Below are positions 37,220 through 50,049 of a stretch of 64,000 bases of DNA, piece by piece (the first letter of the stretch is position 1; each line of letters opens with the position of its first letter). The position numbers and the translations under genes were made by a program. This DNA comes from Squalus acanthias (taxonomy: Eukaryota). The notes below the pieces were generated by a model, which worked only from the letters and a program-made list of their open reading frames with translations, did not search any database and was not told the origin of the DNA. The DNA is taken from NCBI GenBank assembly GCA_030390025.1, contig CM059432.1, positions 3,100,001 to 3,164,000 on the forward strand. Reading direction: 5' to 3'.

Positions 37220-39620
37220 ATAACAAGAATTAGGAGCAGGAGTCGGCCATACGGCCCCTTGAGCCTGCCCCAACATTCAATGAGATCATGGCTGATCATC
37301 GACCTCAACTCCACTTTCCCGCCAGATCTCCATATCCCTTGATTCCCCTAGAGTCCAAAATCTATCTATCTCAGCCTTGAATATAGTCAATGACTGAGCA
37401 TCCACAACCCTCTGGGGCAGAGAATTCCAAAGATTCACAACCGTCTGAGTGAAGAAATTCCTCCTCATCTCAGTCTTAACAGGCCTACCCCTTATCCTGA
37501 GACTATGCCCCCTAGCTCTAGACTCTCCAGCCAGGGGGAAACAACCTCTCAGCATCTACCCTGTCAATCCCCCTTCAGAATCTTGTATGTTTCAATGAGA
37601 TCACCTCATTCTTCTAAACTCCAGAGAGTATCGGCCCATTCTACACAATCTCTCATCATAGGACAGCCCTCTCATCCCAGGAATCAATCTACTGAACCTT
37701 CGTTGCACCGCCTCCAAGGCAAGTATATCTTCCTTAGATAAGGAAACCAAAACTATGCACATACTCCAGGTGTGGTCTCACCAAGCCCCTGTACAATTGT
37801 AGCAAGACTTCCTTACTCTTATACTCCAATCCCCTTGCAATAAAGGCCAACATGCCATTTGCCTTCGTTATTGCTTGCTAGCTTTGTGATTCTTGTACAA
37901 GGACACCCAAATAAGAACATAAGAACATAAGAAATAGGAGCAGGAGTAGGCCAATCGGCCCCTCGAGCCTGCTCCGCCATTCAATAAGATCATGGATGAT
38001 CTGATCCTAACCGCCAATCTACTATCTATCACAGAACCATCTCCTGCATCTAACAGAATTGCACACACGAAATAGGAGCAGAATCAGGCTACACAGTCCC
38101 TGGGCCCGCTCCACTACCCACAGGGCCATGACCGATCCGAACCTAGACTCATGTCCAAATTCCTGCCCGCTCCCCGTAACCCTTAATGCCCTTTACTTCT
38201 AGGAAACTGTCTATTTCTGTTTTAAATTTAATTAATGTTGTAGCTTCTACAGCTTTTTGTGGCAGCATATTCCATGGACCTACCACCCTCTGAGTGAAGT
38301 AGTTCCTCCTCATCTCAGTTTTGAAAGAGCAGCCCCTTATTCTAAGACTATGTCCCCTAGTTCTCGTCTCACCCGTCATCGGGAACATCCTCCCCGCATC
38401 CACCCGATCCAACCCCTTCACAATCTTATATGTTTCAATAAGATCGCCTCTCATTCTTCTGAACTCCAATGAGTAGAGTCCCAATCTGCCCAACCTCTCC
38501 TCATATGACCACCCCCTCATCCCCGGGATTAACCGAGTGAACCTTTTTTGCACTGCCTCGAGAGCAAGGATGTCTTTCCTTAAGTAAGGACACCAAAACT
38601 GTATGCAGTATTCCAGGTGCGGTCTCACCAATACCTTGTACAACTGAAGCAATACCTCCCTATTTTTATATTCTATCCCCCTAGCAATGAAAGCCAACAT
38701 TCCATTTGCCTTCTTAATCACTTGCTGCACCTGCATACTAACCTTTTGAGTTTCGTGCACCAGGACCCCCAGATCCCTTTGCACTTCAGTACTCTCCAGT
38801 TTCTTGCCATTAAGATAATAAATTGCTCTAGGATTTTTCCTGCCAAAGTGCATCACCTCACACTTTCCAGTGTTGTATTCCATCTGCCAAATCTCTGCCC
38901 ACTCTCTGAACACCAACATTTAAAAGTTTCTCATCATTTAAAAAATATACTGTTTTTCTATTCTTCCTACCAAAGTGAATAACCTCACATTTCCCCACAT
39001 TATACTCCATCAGCCACCTTACTGCCCACTCACTTAGTCTATCTATATCCCTTTGCAGATTCTGTGTTCTCCTCACAGCTTACTGTCCCACCAGCAAACT
39101 TAGCTACATTACACTCGGTCCCTTCATCTAGGTCATTAATAGAGATTGTAAACAGCTGAGGCCCCAACACTGATCCTTGCGGCACCCCACTAGTTACCGC
39201 CTGCCAACCTGAAAAAGATCCGTTTATCCCTACTCTCTGTTTTCTGTCCGTTAACCAATCCTCTATCCATGCTACTATATTACCCCCAACCCTATGAGCC
39301 CATATCTTGTGTAATAACCTTTTATGTGGCACCTTATTGAATGCCTTTTGGAAATCCAAATATACTACATCCACTGGTTCCCCTTTATCTACCCTGCTAG
39401 TTACATCCTCAAAAATCTGTAATAAATTTGTCAAACATGATTTCCCTTTCATAAAACAATGTTGACTCTGCCTAATCATGTTATGATTTTCTAAGTGCCC
39501 TGATACCACTTCCTCAGCAATGGATTCCAGCATTTTCCCGACGACTGATGTCAGGCTAACTGGCCTGTAGTTCCCTGTTTTCTCTCTCCCTCCTTTCTTG
39601 AATAGCGGTGTTGCATTTGC
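37220..39620 (-). mobile_element. Long CR1 with a nested second CR1 subfamily (~38040-38905)
   Basis: Host RT motifs ([30 protein letters not shown]) at 39039-39620 continue at 37908-37220. The inner copy has an open frame to a stop at 38149 and a distinct 3' UTR. Confidence 0.9.
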
Positions 39621-39727
39621 AAAAGAAATCGGTTTCATTTTTTCTGATAACCTTTATTTCCAATAACTAGAAGATTCATGTCCGTAATTAAACACTGCCA
39701 CTCTGCAGGGTCACCTGCAATTATGTT

Positions 39728-40190
39728 AGAATCATAGAATGGTTACAGCACAGAAGGAGGCCATTCGACCTGTCGAGTCCGTGCCGGCTCTCTGCAAGAG
39801 CACTTCAGCTAGTCCCACTCCCCCGCCCTTTCCCCGTAGCCCTGCAAATGTTTTCCTTCAGGTACTTATCCAATTCCCTTTTGAAATCCACGATTAAGTC
39901 TGCCTCCCCCACCCTCTCAGGCAGTGCATTCCAGATCCTAACCACTCGCTGTGTAAAAAAGTTTTTCCTCATATCGCCTTTGGTTCTTCTGCCAATCACC
40001 TTAAATCCGTGTCCTCTGGTTCTCGACCCTTTCGCCAATGGGAACAGTTTCTCTCTATCTACTCTGTCCAGACCCCTCATGATTTTAAACACCTCCATCA
40101 AATCTCCTCTCAACCTTCTCTGCTCTAAGAACAACCCCAGCTTCTCCAGTCTATCCACATAACTGAAGTCCCTCATCCCCGAAACCATTC
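39728..40190 (-). mobile_element. CR1 LINE 3' fragment
   Basis: RRLRGDLMEVFKIMRG...FFTQRVVRIWNALP. Confidence 0.9.
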
Positions 40191-40534
40191 TTGTAATAAT
40201 TGTTGTATAATAACTTTATTAGCAGGTGATGAGCAAAGTGACCTGGATTCTCTTTTTGCACGAGACAATAACTTACCGACTGAACTCTCAGCATGCTGCA
40301 GTATAGCTTCTCTTTAGAGCAACTTACTTCATCTGCCATTACAATCTACTTTACAACTGATATCTGGTTCAGTAACCCCATACCTAGTACCTTCATTCGA
40401 GATGGGGACTCATTTCCATTTGCAACCAGCAAGTCTCAAGTACTGTCCCTGCGTCTAATAATTGCACTGACTGGGCCTAGTTCTCAGTGTCCTCCAATAA
40501 CCTAAATGACTTCAGCTAGGATTTCTCACCCAAC

Positions 40535-41220
40535 AGCAACAACAACTTGCATTTATATAGCACCTTTAACGTAGTAAAACATCCCAAGACACTTCACAGA
40601 AGCGCCATCAGATAGAAATTTGACACCGAACCATTCAAGGAGATATTAGGACTGGTGACCAAAAGCATGGCCAAAGCGGTAGGTTTTAAGGAGCGTCTTA
40701 AAGGAGGAGAGAGAGGTGTAGAGAGATGGAGAGGTTTAGGGAGGGAATTCCAGAGCTAAGGGCCCAGGCAGCTGAAGGCACGGCCGCCAATGGTCGAGCG
40801 ATGAAAAGATGCACAAGTGGCCAGAACTGAAGGAGCACGGAGATCGCAGAGGATAGTAGGGCTGGAGGAGGTTACAGAGATAGGGAGGGGGCGAGGCCAT
40901 GAAGGGATTTGACAATAAGGATGAGAATTTTTAAAAATCGAGGCATTGCTAGACCGGGAGCCAATGTAAGTCTGCGAACACAAGGGTGATGAGTGAACAG
41001 GACTTGGTGCGAGTTAGGATACAGGCAACAGAATTTTGGAAGAGCTTAATTTTAATGGAGGGTGGAAGATGGGAAGCCAGCCAGGAGAGCATTGGAATAG
41101 TCGAGTCTGGAGATAACAAAGGCATGGATGAGGGTTTCAGCAGCAGATTGGCTGAGGCAGGGCCGGAGACAGGTGATGTTTCAGAGGTGGAAGTAGGCAG
41201 TCTTGGTGATGGAGAGGATA
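40535..41220 (-). mobile_element. L2 LINE 3' fragment
   Basis: Antisense SRLDYSNALLAG- and GGRAFSCLGP-type motifs with a (gtt)n tail. Confidence 0.85.
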
Positions 41221-41914
41221 TGGGGACAAATAGGGTCCCAGGGTTCGTAGGTTATGTCTGTGGGTTTTCTCCAACTGCCGGGATTCTGGCCCGGTGCGTC
41301 AGTGGTGGAAGGAATGAATGTTTAAGGTGGTGGATGGGTTGCCGATCAAGCGGACTACTTTGTCCTGGATGGTGTCGAGCATCTAGAGTGGTTGCACTCT
41401 TGCCTCTGAGTCAGAAGGTTTGTGGGTTCAAGTCCCACTCCAGAGACTTGAGCACAAAAATCTAGGCTATTATTCCAGTGCAGTGCTGAGGGAGTGCTGC
41501 ACTGTCAAAGGTGCCGTCTTTCGGATGAGACGTTAAACCGAGGCCTCGTCTGCCCTCTCAGGTGGTCGTAAACGATCCCACAACACTATTTTGAAGTAGA
41601 GCAGGGGTGTTTCTCCCTGGTGTCCTTGACTCTGTTGACTCCGGATGCGCCTGTCCTCGCCGCCTGCTCAGGAGAGCGGGTTAAAAATCGCAGATGTCGC
41701 GATCATGGCGGCTTTCGGACAGGTGAGAGCTGGGGGGGGATTTTATCCGCCCGCCCGCCAGGTTCCTGCTGAGCGAGTAGGGTTAAAACCACCCCCAATA
41801 GGACAGAGTCCGAGTCCCAGCCTTGCATGCAGTACCATAGCGGGGATCTTTTCAGTTACTTGATGGAAATGAATATCCCGCAAACCAAAGAAACACAATC
41901 TGTTCTCACTACCC

Positions 41915-42260
41915 AGGGGTCTTGACAGGGTGGGTGCGGAGAGGATGTTTCCTCTTGTGGGAGAATCTAGAACTAGGGGTCACGGTTTAAAAATAAGGGG
42001 TCGCCCATTTAAGACCGAGATGAGGAGAAATTTTCTCTCAGAGGGTCGTGAGTCTTTGGAACTCTCTTCCTCAGAGGGCGGTGGAAGCAGAGTCTTTGAA
42101 TATTTTTAAGGCAGAGGTCGATAGATTCTTGAGAAGCAAGGGGGTGAAAGGTTATCGGGGGTAAGCGGGAATGTGGAGTAATCGGATCTGCCATGATCTT
42201 ATTGAATGGCGGAGCAGGCTCGAGGGGCCGAGTGGCCGACTCCTGCTCCTAGTTCGTATG
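41915..42260 (+). mobile_element. CR1 LINE 3' fragment
   Basis: CR1 ORF2 terminus and 3' UTR. Confidence 0.85.
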
Positions 42261-42809
42261 TACCCAAGATTGCCCAGGAGCGAATGGGAATGTTTCACCC
42301 TGTTACTGCGTTTCTCCTGCTGAGAATTAGCGTTCATTATCTGTAAAGATATGTTCGCATCGCACCTAGAGAGATAACAGCGCATAAAGATCTCCAAAAA
42401 AAGACGATAAATGTTCAAATGACCCTGCCCTGGCAGAGCGCGTTACCAGAGTACAGCTTGCTGCTTGGAAGCTGCACTTGCCTAATTAGAGACATGGGTT
42501 GCTGGAAGCACCCAACACATCTGGCAAGGTCAGATCCCTCAGGCACCGCTCACTCACTCGCTCCACAATTCAGCTTTTCATCACTAACCGACATCATCTC
42601 AGGAAAATGTTGGCCCCCCTCGTTATTGCCTCGTTAAAAAAGTCTGTCGCCCAGGGTTTTACCTCTCTCCAGTTCATTTTGTGTTAATGTTTTACTGCAG
42701 ACGTTCCCCCGCGTGACTGAGGGTACAATAATTAAAATAATCCCAAGTCAAAAGGTCCTCCCGGTTGGGGACTAACCAGCAGAGGTTAAGACAGCATTTT
42801 AAAAATAAA

Positions 42810-43245
42810 AGCGCCCTCGCCTCTGAGTCAGAAGGTTGTGGGTTCGAGTCCCACTCCAGAGACTTGAGCATAAAAATCCAGGCTGACACTCCCGCACTGT
42901 CGGAGGTGCCGTCTTTCGGAGGAGACGTTAAACCGAGGCCCCGTCTGCTCCCTCAAGTGGATGTAACAGATCCCACGGCCACTATTTCGAAGAAGAGCAG
43001 TGGAGTTCTCCCCCGGTGTCCTGGGGCCAATATTTATCCCTCAATCAACATCACTAAAAAACAGATTATCTGGTCATTATCACATTGCTGTTTGTGGGAG
43101 CTTGCTGTGCGCAAAATTGGCTGCTGCGTTTCCCACATTAGAACAGTGACTACACTTCAAAAAAGTACTTCATTGACTGTAAAGCGCTTTGGGACGTCCG
43201 GTGGTTGTGAAAGGCGCTATAGAAATGCAAGTCTTTCTTTTTATT
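42810..43245 (+). mobile_element. Deu-SINE
   Basis: B box ggttcgagtcc, Deu core and tail. Confidence 0.85.
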
Positions 43246-43733
43246 TTAACATCTTAATTCAGACGGGGCCTGAATTTAAGCATGGGGTGGGGGGGGGGGG
43301 GGGGGGGGGGGAGATGCTACCACTACCACGTAGATGTGGAGCAACAACTATAATTTTGCAGTGAGGTGGTTAAGCCAGGTAATTGGGTCAGGAGTAGCGG
43401 AGCGTGTCGCTGTGATGCCTCCTCCGTATTTGTGAACGGGGCGTTGAGTCGTTCTATGTTCCGTGGTCTGTTCTGGGTGACCACAGTCGCACACTGGGGA
43501 GATTTTAATTCGCCGTTTGTGCGCCAAGTACCCGCGCCGGCCACGGTTAGTGCGGACGGCGGTTTAGGCTTCGCGGAAGACAGAAGCCCAGGGATCTTCC
43601 AAGTCGGGTCTTTCACGAGGAGTTTATTTGGCGACCGAACATCGATCTCCCGGTCTACAGAGCAACAACTCGTGGGGTGGGGCGGGGGGGGGGAGAGGAT
43701 AAACACAAGCGAACAGGTAAAATACTTTACAAC

Positions 43734-43900
43734 CAACGCTCCCTTTAATTTTTTTTTCCGGGTGCGTGGCCCCTTTAAATGGGCTACGCGGCCCATTCAA
43801 ATTCCCACGCAGGCGCGGTTTTTCCTATTGTAAAGCCGACAAGCCGCCTGCGTGGGAACTCCAGACAACTACACGCCCGCGCAGCTTAAAGGGAACATTG
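43734..43900. mobile_element. hAT-like MITE
   Basis: TIR caacgctccctttaa / ttaaagggaacattg and 8-bp TSD tttacaac / cttacaac (1 mismatch). Confidence 0.8.
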
Positions 43901-44176
43901 CTTACAACCAGACCAAAAATTTGTGTTTGCTACAAAAGGAGTGCGGGGGTCACGCTGTCACATCCAGTTTAATGGGCCTTTGCGAGTCCTACTGTCGGAG
44001 TTACAGTCCCCCACACAGCGAGATTCTGGCAAATAAAGAGCAGTCCCCACATGTTCGAGGAAACGCCAAAGCTCCCAGATGAAGCTTTTTTGTATATCCT
44101 CTGTCACATAAATAAACCTGGAAAGCAAGATAAGCTGCTGGTTTTGTTTTTCAAAAAAAAACTACAAAATACTCAC

Positions 44177-44690
44177 ACAGAAACTATTCCTCTCCTCTTG
44201 ACTTCCACAGTCACACGAGCTGTGCAGATGTTGCAGGAGTCAATTTCCTTTCCCTTTGCACAAGAAATGACAGCCTGAAATAGTTTCCCATTTCACTGCT
44301 TTACCTCCCTCTCTCTCTCTCTCTCTCGCTCTCTGTGTCTTGGAATCACTGGTAAAGGAAGAACGGTGTCTGCAAGGCAGCTGCAGAGAGCAGAGGGAGA
44401 GAGGATCACCTCTGGTGTGTGCGCGCTCAAAACAGCTTGTTGCTATAGCTGGGCCGGCGTGCCCCAACCTTAACATCTGCCACAAGCCAATCAGTGGGAT
44501 TGGCCGCTCCCACTCGGTGCGGTGACTGCCTCCTTAGTCCAGTAATCCATCTGGTCACAGGGACGAGGAGAAACGATTACAAGCTGGATCAGCTTCCAGC
44601 TTGCCTCCACCCACCACTGCCACTGGTATTGGAAATCCGCAGGTTAGCATTGCTTTGCTCCGGGGGTGGGGCGGGGGAGGGTTAAGCAAA
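44177..44690 (-). promoter_or_regulatory. Candidate promoter and non-coding first exon of the CHST9-like gene
   Basis: TE-free island with two opposed CCAAT boxes (agccaatcagtgggattggcc, ~44485-44505), a GC box (ggggtggggcggggg, ~44662-44676), local CpGs and a GA-rich leader. Minus-strand donor candidates: TGT|GTGAGT (GT at 44176-44175) and GAG|GTAAAG (~44300). Confidence 0.45.
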
Positions 44691-45186
44691 AAAAATGGAA
44701 CAGGAGAGGGGGGTTGGAAACACTATACATACGGCGAGAGAGACATTACTGAACACCAAAGGAATGACAATAAAGGTAACACCGCAACACAGCCAAAACA
44801 AACACAGGACATAAACTTTCTGCAAAGACAGGATTAACAAATTCCAGTCACAACTGGATTAAAGCAGCCTTGGGTGTTTGAGTTTTGAGCACAGACTCAA
44901 ACACTTTTTTTTAAAAAAAACAGTAATTGGTGCCTCATAGCAAATTCTCATCAAAAGTTCCCACTTTGGCATATCAGATCTGGAGTTAAAAGAGAAGCAT
45001 ATTTTCACGCCCCCACCCCCAGTGCTCAGAGTTTAAAATTGACGTTACATTTACATAGAAGGGGCAGCAAGCAATTAGGAAGGCAAATAGTATGTTGGCC
45101 TTTATTGCAAAGGGGGTTGCTGCAATTATACAGGGCTTTGAAAGTGAGACCTCACCTGGAGTACTAGGCACAGTTTTGGTCTCCTT

Positions 45187-45660
45187 TGTGTCAGCCGTGG
45201 CTCAGTGGGTCGCTCTCTCTCTCTCGCCTCAGTCAGAAGGTCGTGGGTTCGAGTCCCACTCCAGAGACTCGAGCACAAAATCCAGGCCGACACTCCCAGT
45301 GCAGTGCTGAGGGAGCGCCGCACTGTCGGAGGTGCCGTCTTTCGGATGAGACGTTAAACCGAGGCCCCGTCTGCTCTCTCAGGTGAACGTAAAAGATCCC
45401 ACGGCGCTATTTCGAAGAAGAAGTTATCCCCGGTGTCCTGGGCCAATATTGATCCCTCAGTCGACATCACTAAAAAACAGATTATCTGGTCATTATCACA
45501 TTGCTGTTTGTGGGATCTTGCTGTGCGCAGATTGGCTGCCACGTTTCCTACATTACAACAGTGACTACACTTCAAAAAGTACTTCATTGGCTGTAAAGCG
45601 CTTTGGGAACGTCCTGAGGTCATGAAAGGCGCTATATAAATGCAAGTCTGTCTTTCTTTG
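45187..45660 (+). mobile_element. Full-length Deu-SINE within a CR1 remnant
   Basis: A and B boxes, Deu core and tail. Confidence 0.9.
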
Positions 45661-45810
45661 AGATTTGTGAATCTTTGGAATTGTCAATCTGTGGAGGTTC
45701 AGTAATTGAATAGATTCAAGGCTGAGATTGATAGATTTTTGGACACTAAGGAAATCAAGGGATATGGGGATCGGGCAGGAAAGTGGAGTCATGGTAGAAG
45801 ATCAGCCATG

Positions 45811-47600
45811 GAGAAACTAGATGCAGGAAGAATGTTCCCGATGGTCGGAGAGTCCAGAACCAGGGGTCATAATCTAAGGATAACGGGTAAGCCATTTAGG
45901 ACAGAAATGAGGATAAATTTCTTCACCCAGAGAGTGGTGAACCTGTGGAATTCTCTACCACAGAAGGTAGTTGAGGCCAAGTCATTAAATATATTCAAGA
46001 ATGAGTTAGATATATTTCTTAAAGCTAAAGGTATCAAGGGATATGGGGAGAAGGCAGGTATAGGGTATTGAGTTTGGATGATCAGCCAGGATCTCATCGA
46101 ATGGCGGAGCAGGCTCGAGGGGCCGAATGGCCTACTCCTGCTCCTAATTCTTAGTTCTTAGAGGAGGCACAGAGGACTGGCGCAGGATGAAAGAATCATG
46201 ACTGCTGCCAGGAAACCGGGTATAGACCGCATGATGCACTTGGCTGTGGTCGCAAACAAGCTGGACATTCAGGGAGTGGAATCCCTTTCTATTGAGAAAG
46301 ATGCCAGGCTAGTAATGGGTAGCACGCAAGGCAATGTGGGTGCCATTTATGGCACTTGGACCCTGGAGAAGCCTGCAATAGAATCGTACAGCTCGGAATG
46401 AGGCCATTCAGCCTATCGTGTATGTTCTGGCTCTTTGAAAGAGCTATCCAATTAGTCCCACTCCCCTGCTCAGAATTGGACACAATACTCTAGCTGAGGT
46501 CTAACCAAGGTTTACCATAACATCCTTGCTTTTGTACTCTATGCCTCGATTTATAAAGCAAAGGAACTTGTACGCTTTTTTTAAAAAAACAGCCTTCTCA
46601 ACATGTCCTGCCATCTTCAGGGATTTGTGTATGTGAACCCCCAGGTCTCTCTGTTCCTGCACCCTTTTTAAAAGTGTAACCATTTAGTTTATATTACGTC
46701 CCCTCATTTTTCCTTCCAAAAATGCATTAAATTTCATCTGCCATTTTTCTTCCCACACACAGGCACCCATTGAATGCGGGTGAAGCGGAGAGCTCTCTCT
46801 AGTCCTGCTTCACTCTGTCCATTAGGAAGGTGATGTAGGTGTTCCTCCTGGTGGAGAGAGTCGCGGTGACCTCCCTGATACAGCAATGAACAGCAAACTG
46901 GGAGATGGATTGTTGCGTCCAATTCTGGGCGCCACACTGTAGGAAGGATGTCAAGGCCTTGGAGCGGGTGCGGAGGTGATTTACTAGAATGGTTCCAGGG
47001 ATGAGGGATTTCAGTTACGTGGAGAGACTGGAGAAGCTGGGGTCGCTCTCCTTAGAGCACAGATTTGATAGAGGTGTTCAAATTCATGAGCGGATTTGAT
47101 AGAGTAAATAAGGAGAAATTGTTTCCACTGGCAGGAGGGTCATAGAAACATAGAAGATAGGAGCAGGAGTAGGCCATTCGGCCCCTTGAGCCTGCTCTGC
47201 CATTCAATGAGATCATGGCTGATCATCCAAACTCAGTACCCTGTCCCTGCCTTCTCCCCATATCCCTTGATACCTTTAGCTTTAAGAAATATATCTAACT
47301 CATTCTTGAATATATTTAATGACTTGGCCTCAACTACCTTCTGGGGTAGAGAATTCCACAGGTTCACCACTCTCTGGGTGAAGAAATTCTTCCTCATTTC
47401 TGTCCTAAATGGCGTACCCCTTATCCTTAGATTATGACCCCTGGTTCTGGACTCTCCGACCATCGGGAACATTCTTCCTGCATCGAGTTTGTCCAGACCT
47501 GTCAGAATTTTATATGTTTCGATGAGATCCCCTCTCATTCTTCTATACTCCAGCGAGTATAAGCCCAATCGACCCAATCTCTCCTCATATGTCATTCCTT
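45811..47600. mobile_element. Inverted pair of closely similar CR1 3' ends (45811-46160 +, 47140-47600 -)
   Basis: Both encode KLDAGRMFPMVGESRTRGHNLRI...KVVEAKSLNIFKNELDIFLKAKGIKGYGEKAG. Confidence 0.9.
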
Positions 47601-48285
47601 GGTCAGTAGCCAAAGGACACAGATTTTAGGGGATTGTTAGAGGGGGAAGATAAGGAAACATTTTTCACGCAGCGAGTTGTTGTGATCTGGAACGCGCTGC
47701 CTGAAAGGGCGGTGGAAGCAGATTCAATAGTAACTTTCAAAAGGGAATTGGATAAATACTTGAAAAGGAAAAATTTGCAGGACTGTGGGGAAAGAGCAGG
47801 GGGGAGTGGGACTAATTGGAGAGCTCGTTGAAAGAGCCGGCACAGGCACGATGGGCCGAATGGCCTCCTTCTGTGTTATATGATTCTACGTCGCTGATGT
47901 CACCTGCTGCAGCCTGGAACAACGCAGTGGCATGAAAGTGAAGGGTATCGGTGACCTCGACAGTGGTGTCCACGTCCTGGTTCGTGGTTTCAGTTGTGTC
48001 TGACATACAACAACAACAACTTCGTGAAACGTCCCAAGGTGCTTCACAGGAGCGATTACCAACCAAACTTTGACATCGATCGAGCCACATAAGGAGATAT
48101 TAGGACAGGTGTCCAAAAGCTTGGTCAAAGAGGTAGGTTTTAAGGAGCGTCTTCAAGGAGAGAGAGGCGGAGAGGTTTAGACAACCTCCTTGGTGAAGTG
48201 AAGGTGCCAATCACATAGTTGGGTTAAGTGAAGATGCGCGGTGAATATGATGTCCAGCACAGTAAACCCCTCCTCCCCACAGGGG
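46160..48285 (-). pseudogene. Decayed PIF/Harbinger (HARBI1-like DDE) transposase in four colinear pieces
   Basis: Minus-strand pieces in order: ~48285-48181 (LHFTKEVV), ~48005-47888 (VEVTDTLHFHATALFQAAAGDISD), ~46907-46775 (ISQFAVHCCIREVT) and ~46380-46160 (IAGFSRVQ / AINGTHIALRA...[19 protein letters not shown] / [15 protein letters not shown]). Contains frameshifts and stops. Confidence 0.85.
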
Positions 48286-48329
48286 GGGGGGGCGGGGCGG
48301 GGCGGGGGGTGGAGACCAATATCCCCCAG

Positions 48330-49078
48330 AATGGTAGTACACTGAGAAGTGTAAAGGATCAGAGGGACCTTGGAGTTAATGTCCACAGATCCCTGAAGGT
48401 AGCAAGACAGGTAGATAAGGTGGTTAAGAAGGCATACGGGATACTTGCCTTTATTAGCCGAGGGACAGAATATAAGAGCAGGGGGGGTTATGCTTCAACT
48501 GTATAAAACACTAGTTAGTCCTCAGCTGGAGTACTGCGTGCAGTTCTGGTCACCACATTACAGGAAGGATGTGATTGCACTAGAGAGAGTAGAGGAGATT
48601 TACAAGGATGTTGCCAGGACTGGAGACTTTTAGCTATGAGGAAAGATTGGACAGGCTGGGGTTGTTTTATTTGGAACAGAGGAAGCGGAGGGGAGACCTT
48701 ATTGAGGTGTATAAAATTATGAGGGGCCTAGATAGAGTGGATAGGAAGGATCTATTTCCCTTAGCAGAGAGGTCAGTAACCAGGGGGCATAGATTTAAAG
48801 TAATTGGTAGGAGGTTTAGAGGAGATTTGAGAGGAAATTTCTTCACCTAGAGGGTGGTGGGGGTCTGGAACTCACTGTCTGAAAGGGTGGTAGAGGCAGA
48901 AACCCTCATCACATTTAAAAAGTATTTGAATATGCACTTGAAGTGCCGTAACCTCCAGGACTACGGACCAAGAATTGGAAAGTGGGATTAGGTTGGATTT
49001 TTCGGCCAGTACAGACAAGATGGGCCGAATGGCCTCCTTCTGTGCTGTAAATTTCCATGATTCGATTCTATGATTCTA
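48330..49078 (+). mobile_element. CR1 LINE 3' portion
   Basis: QRDLGVNVHRSLK, PQLEYCVQFWSP and RGDLIEVYKIMRG motifs with an (attctatg)n tail. Confidence 0.9.
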
Positions 49079-49579
49079 AGGGTCTTGCAACAAGCATAGG
49101 ACCCCTTATTTAAATATTCCAATGAGCGTTTTTAATATTTCCGACGTGACCCTTTGATGCCTACGGCAAAGCCCAATCCAATGCGGCGGGTGGCGGAGTC
49201 CCGGCGCGGAATGAGCGCGCACCGGGCACCCGCCATCTTGGGCGCCCCTTTTTACGCCTGCAAAACGGGCGCCGCACAATCGAATTTCTCGGCTAGAGTT
49301 CCAATATTGAACACAGTCAAATCAGATATAGTGGGGCCTGAGGCAAAGCGATGCCCCTGCCACTCTCCCACAGCCATGTACCTTGAACCCAACCACAGGA
49401 AACCACTCCGACTGCACTAGCGTCGCTTCGATTTACCCTACCAGGTTTCAAAAGCCAACAAAGACTGGCATTTATACAGTGCCTTTCCATCTTAGTGCAG
49501 CCTTTTACCAGCTAATTATGCCTGCAATGAAATGCCAGTCAGATCACTTTCTACTAAAAATATATTAACGCAACTCCAA

Positions 49580-49835
49580 AGCAGCCCCATCTGACAAAAA
49601 ACATCACTTAACCATTTCACACGCTGTTGCTCCCAACGGACTTTCCGAATAAAGTTGCCCAGTTTGTGTCGAACGCCCAATAACGGACAGATAGACAGAC
49701 AGATGCCCACTCGCAACTGGGTTGTGACAACCTGAATATCCATTATCGACTGCCATTCCATTAGTCTGGGCAGGATTCGAGTCCAGGATGCCAAAGATGA
49801 AATGTTCCCACAACAGTCACTCAACCCCTGTAGTT
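49580..49835 (-). mobile_element. Possible old tRNA-derived SINE
   Basis: Minus-strand B-box-like ggactcgaatcc near the 5' end. Family not identified. Confidence 0.3.
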
Positions 49836-50049
49836 ACTGCTACATCAACAAAGTCTTGGTGCTTTCGACAAGACTTGGAGCTCTCCGAGGTGTGAAATCT
49901 GCCTTAATGGCGATTGAAATATTGACTTTACAAAAAGGATAAGGCACCGTTTTTCTGCACTGATTTAATTCGTCTTCCTGATGTTTGCACTGGAAGCTGA
50001 TTTGAACAGGAGGCGATGGATAACTTTAGTCCAGGGTCCCCTGTAATGG

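Noticed and set aside
46160..48285. Domesticated HARBI1 gene with introns
   Set aside because: The pieces contain stops and frameshifts and are separated by LINE insertions rather than GT-AG introns.
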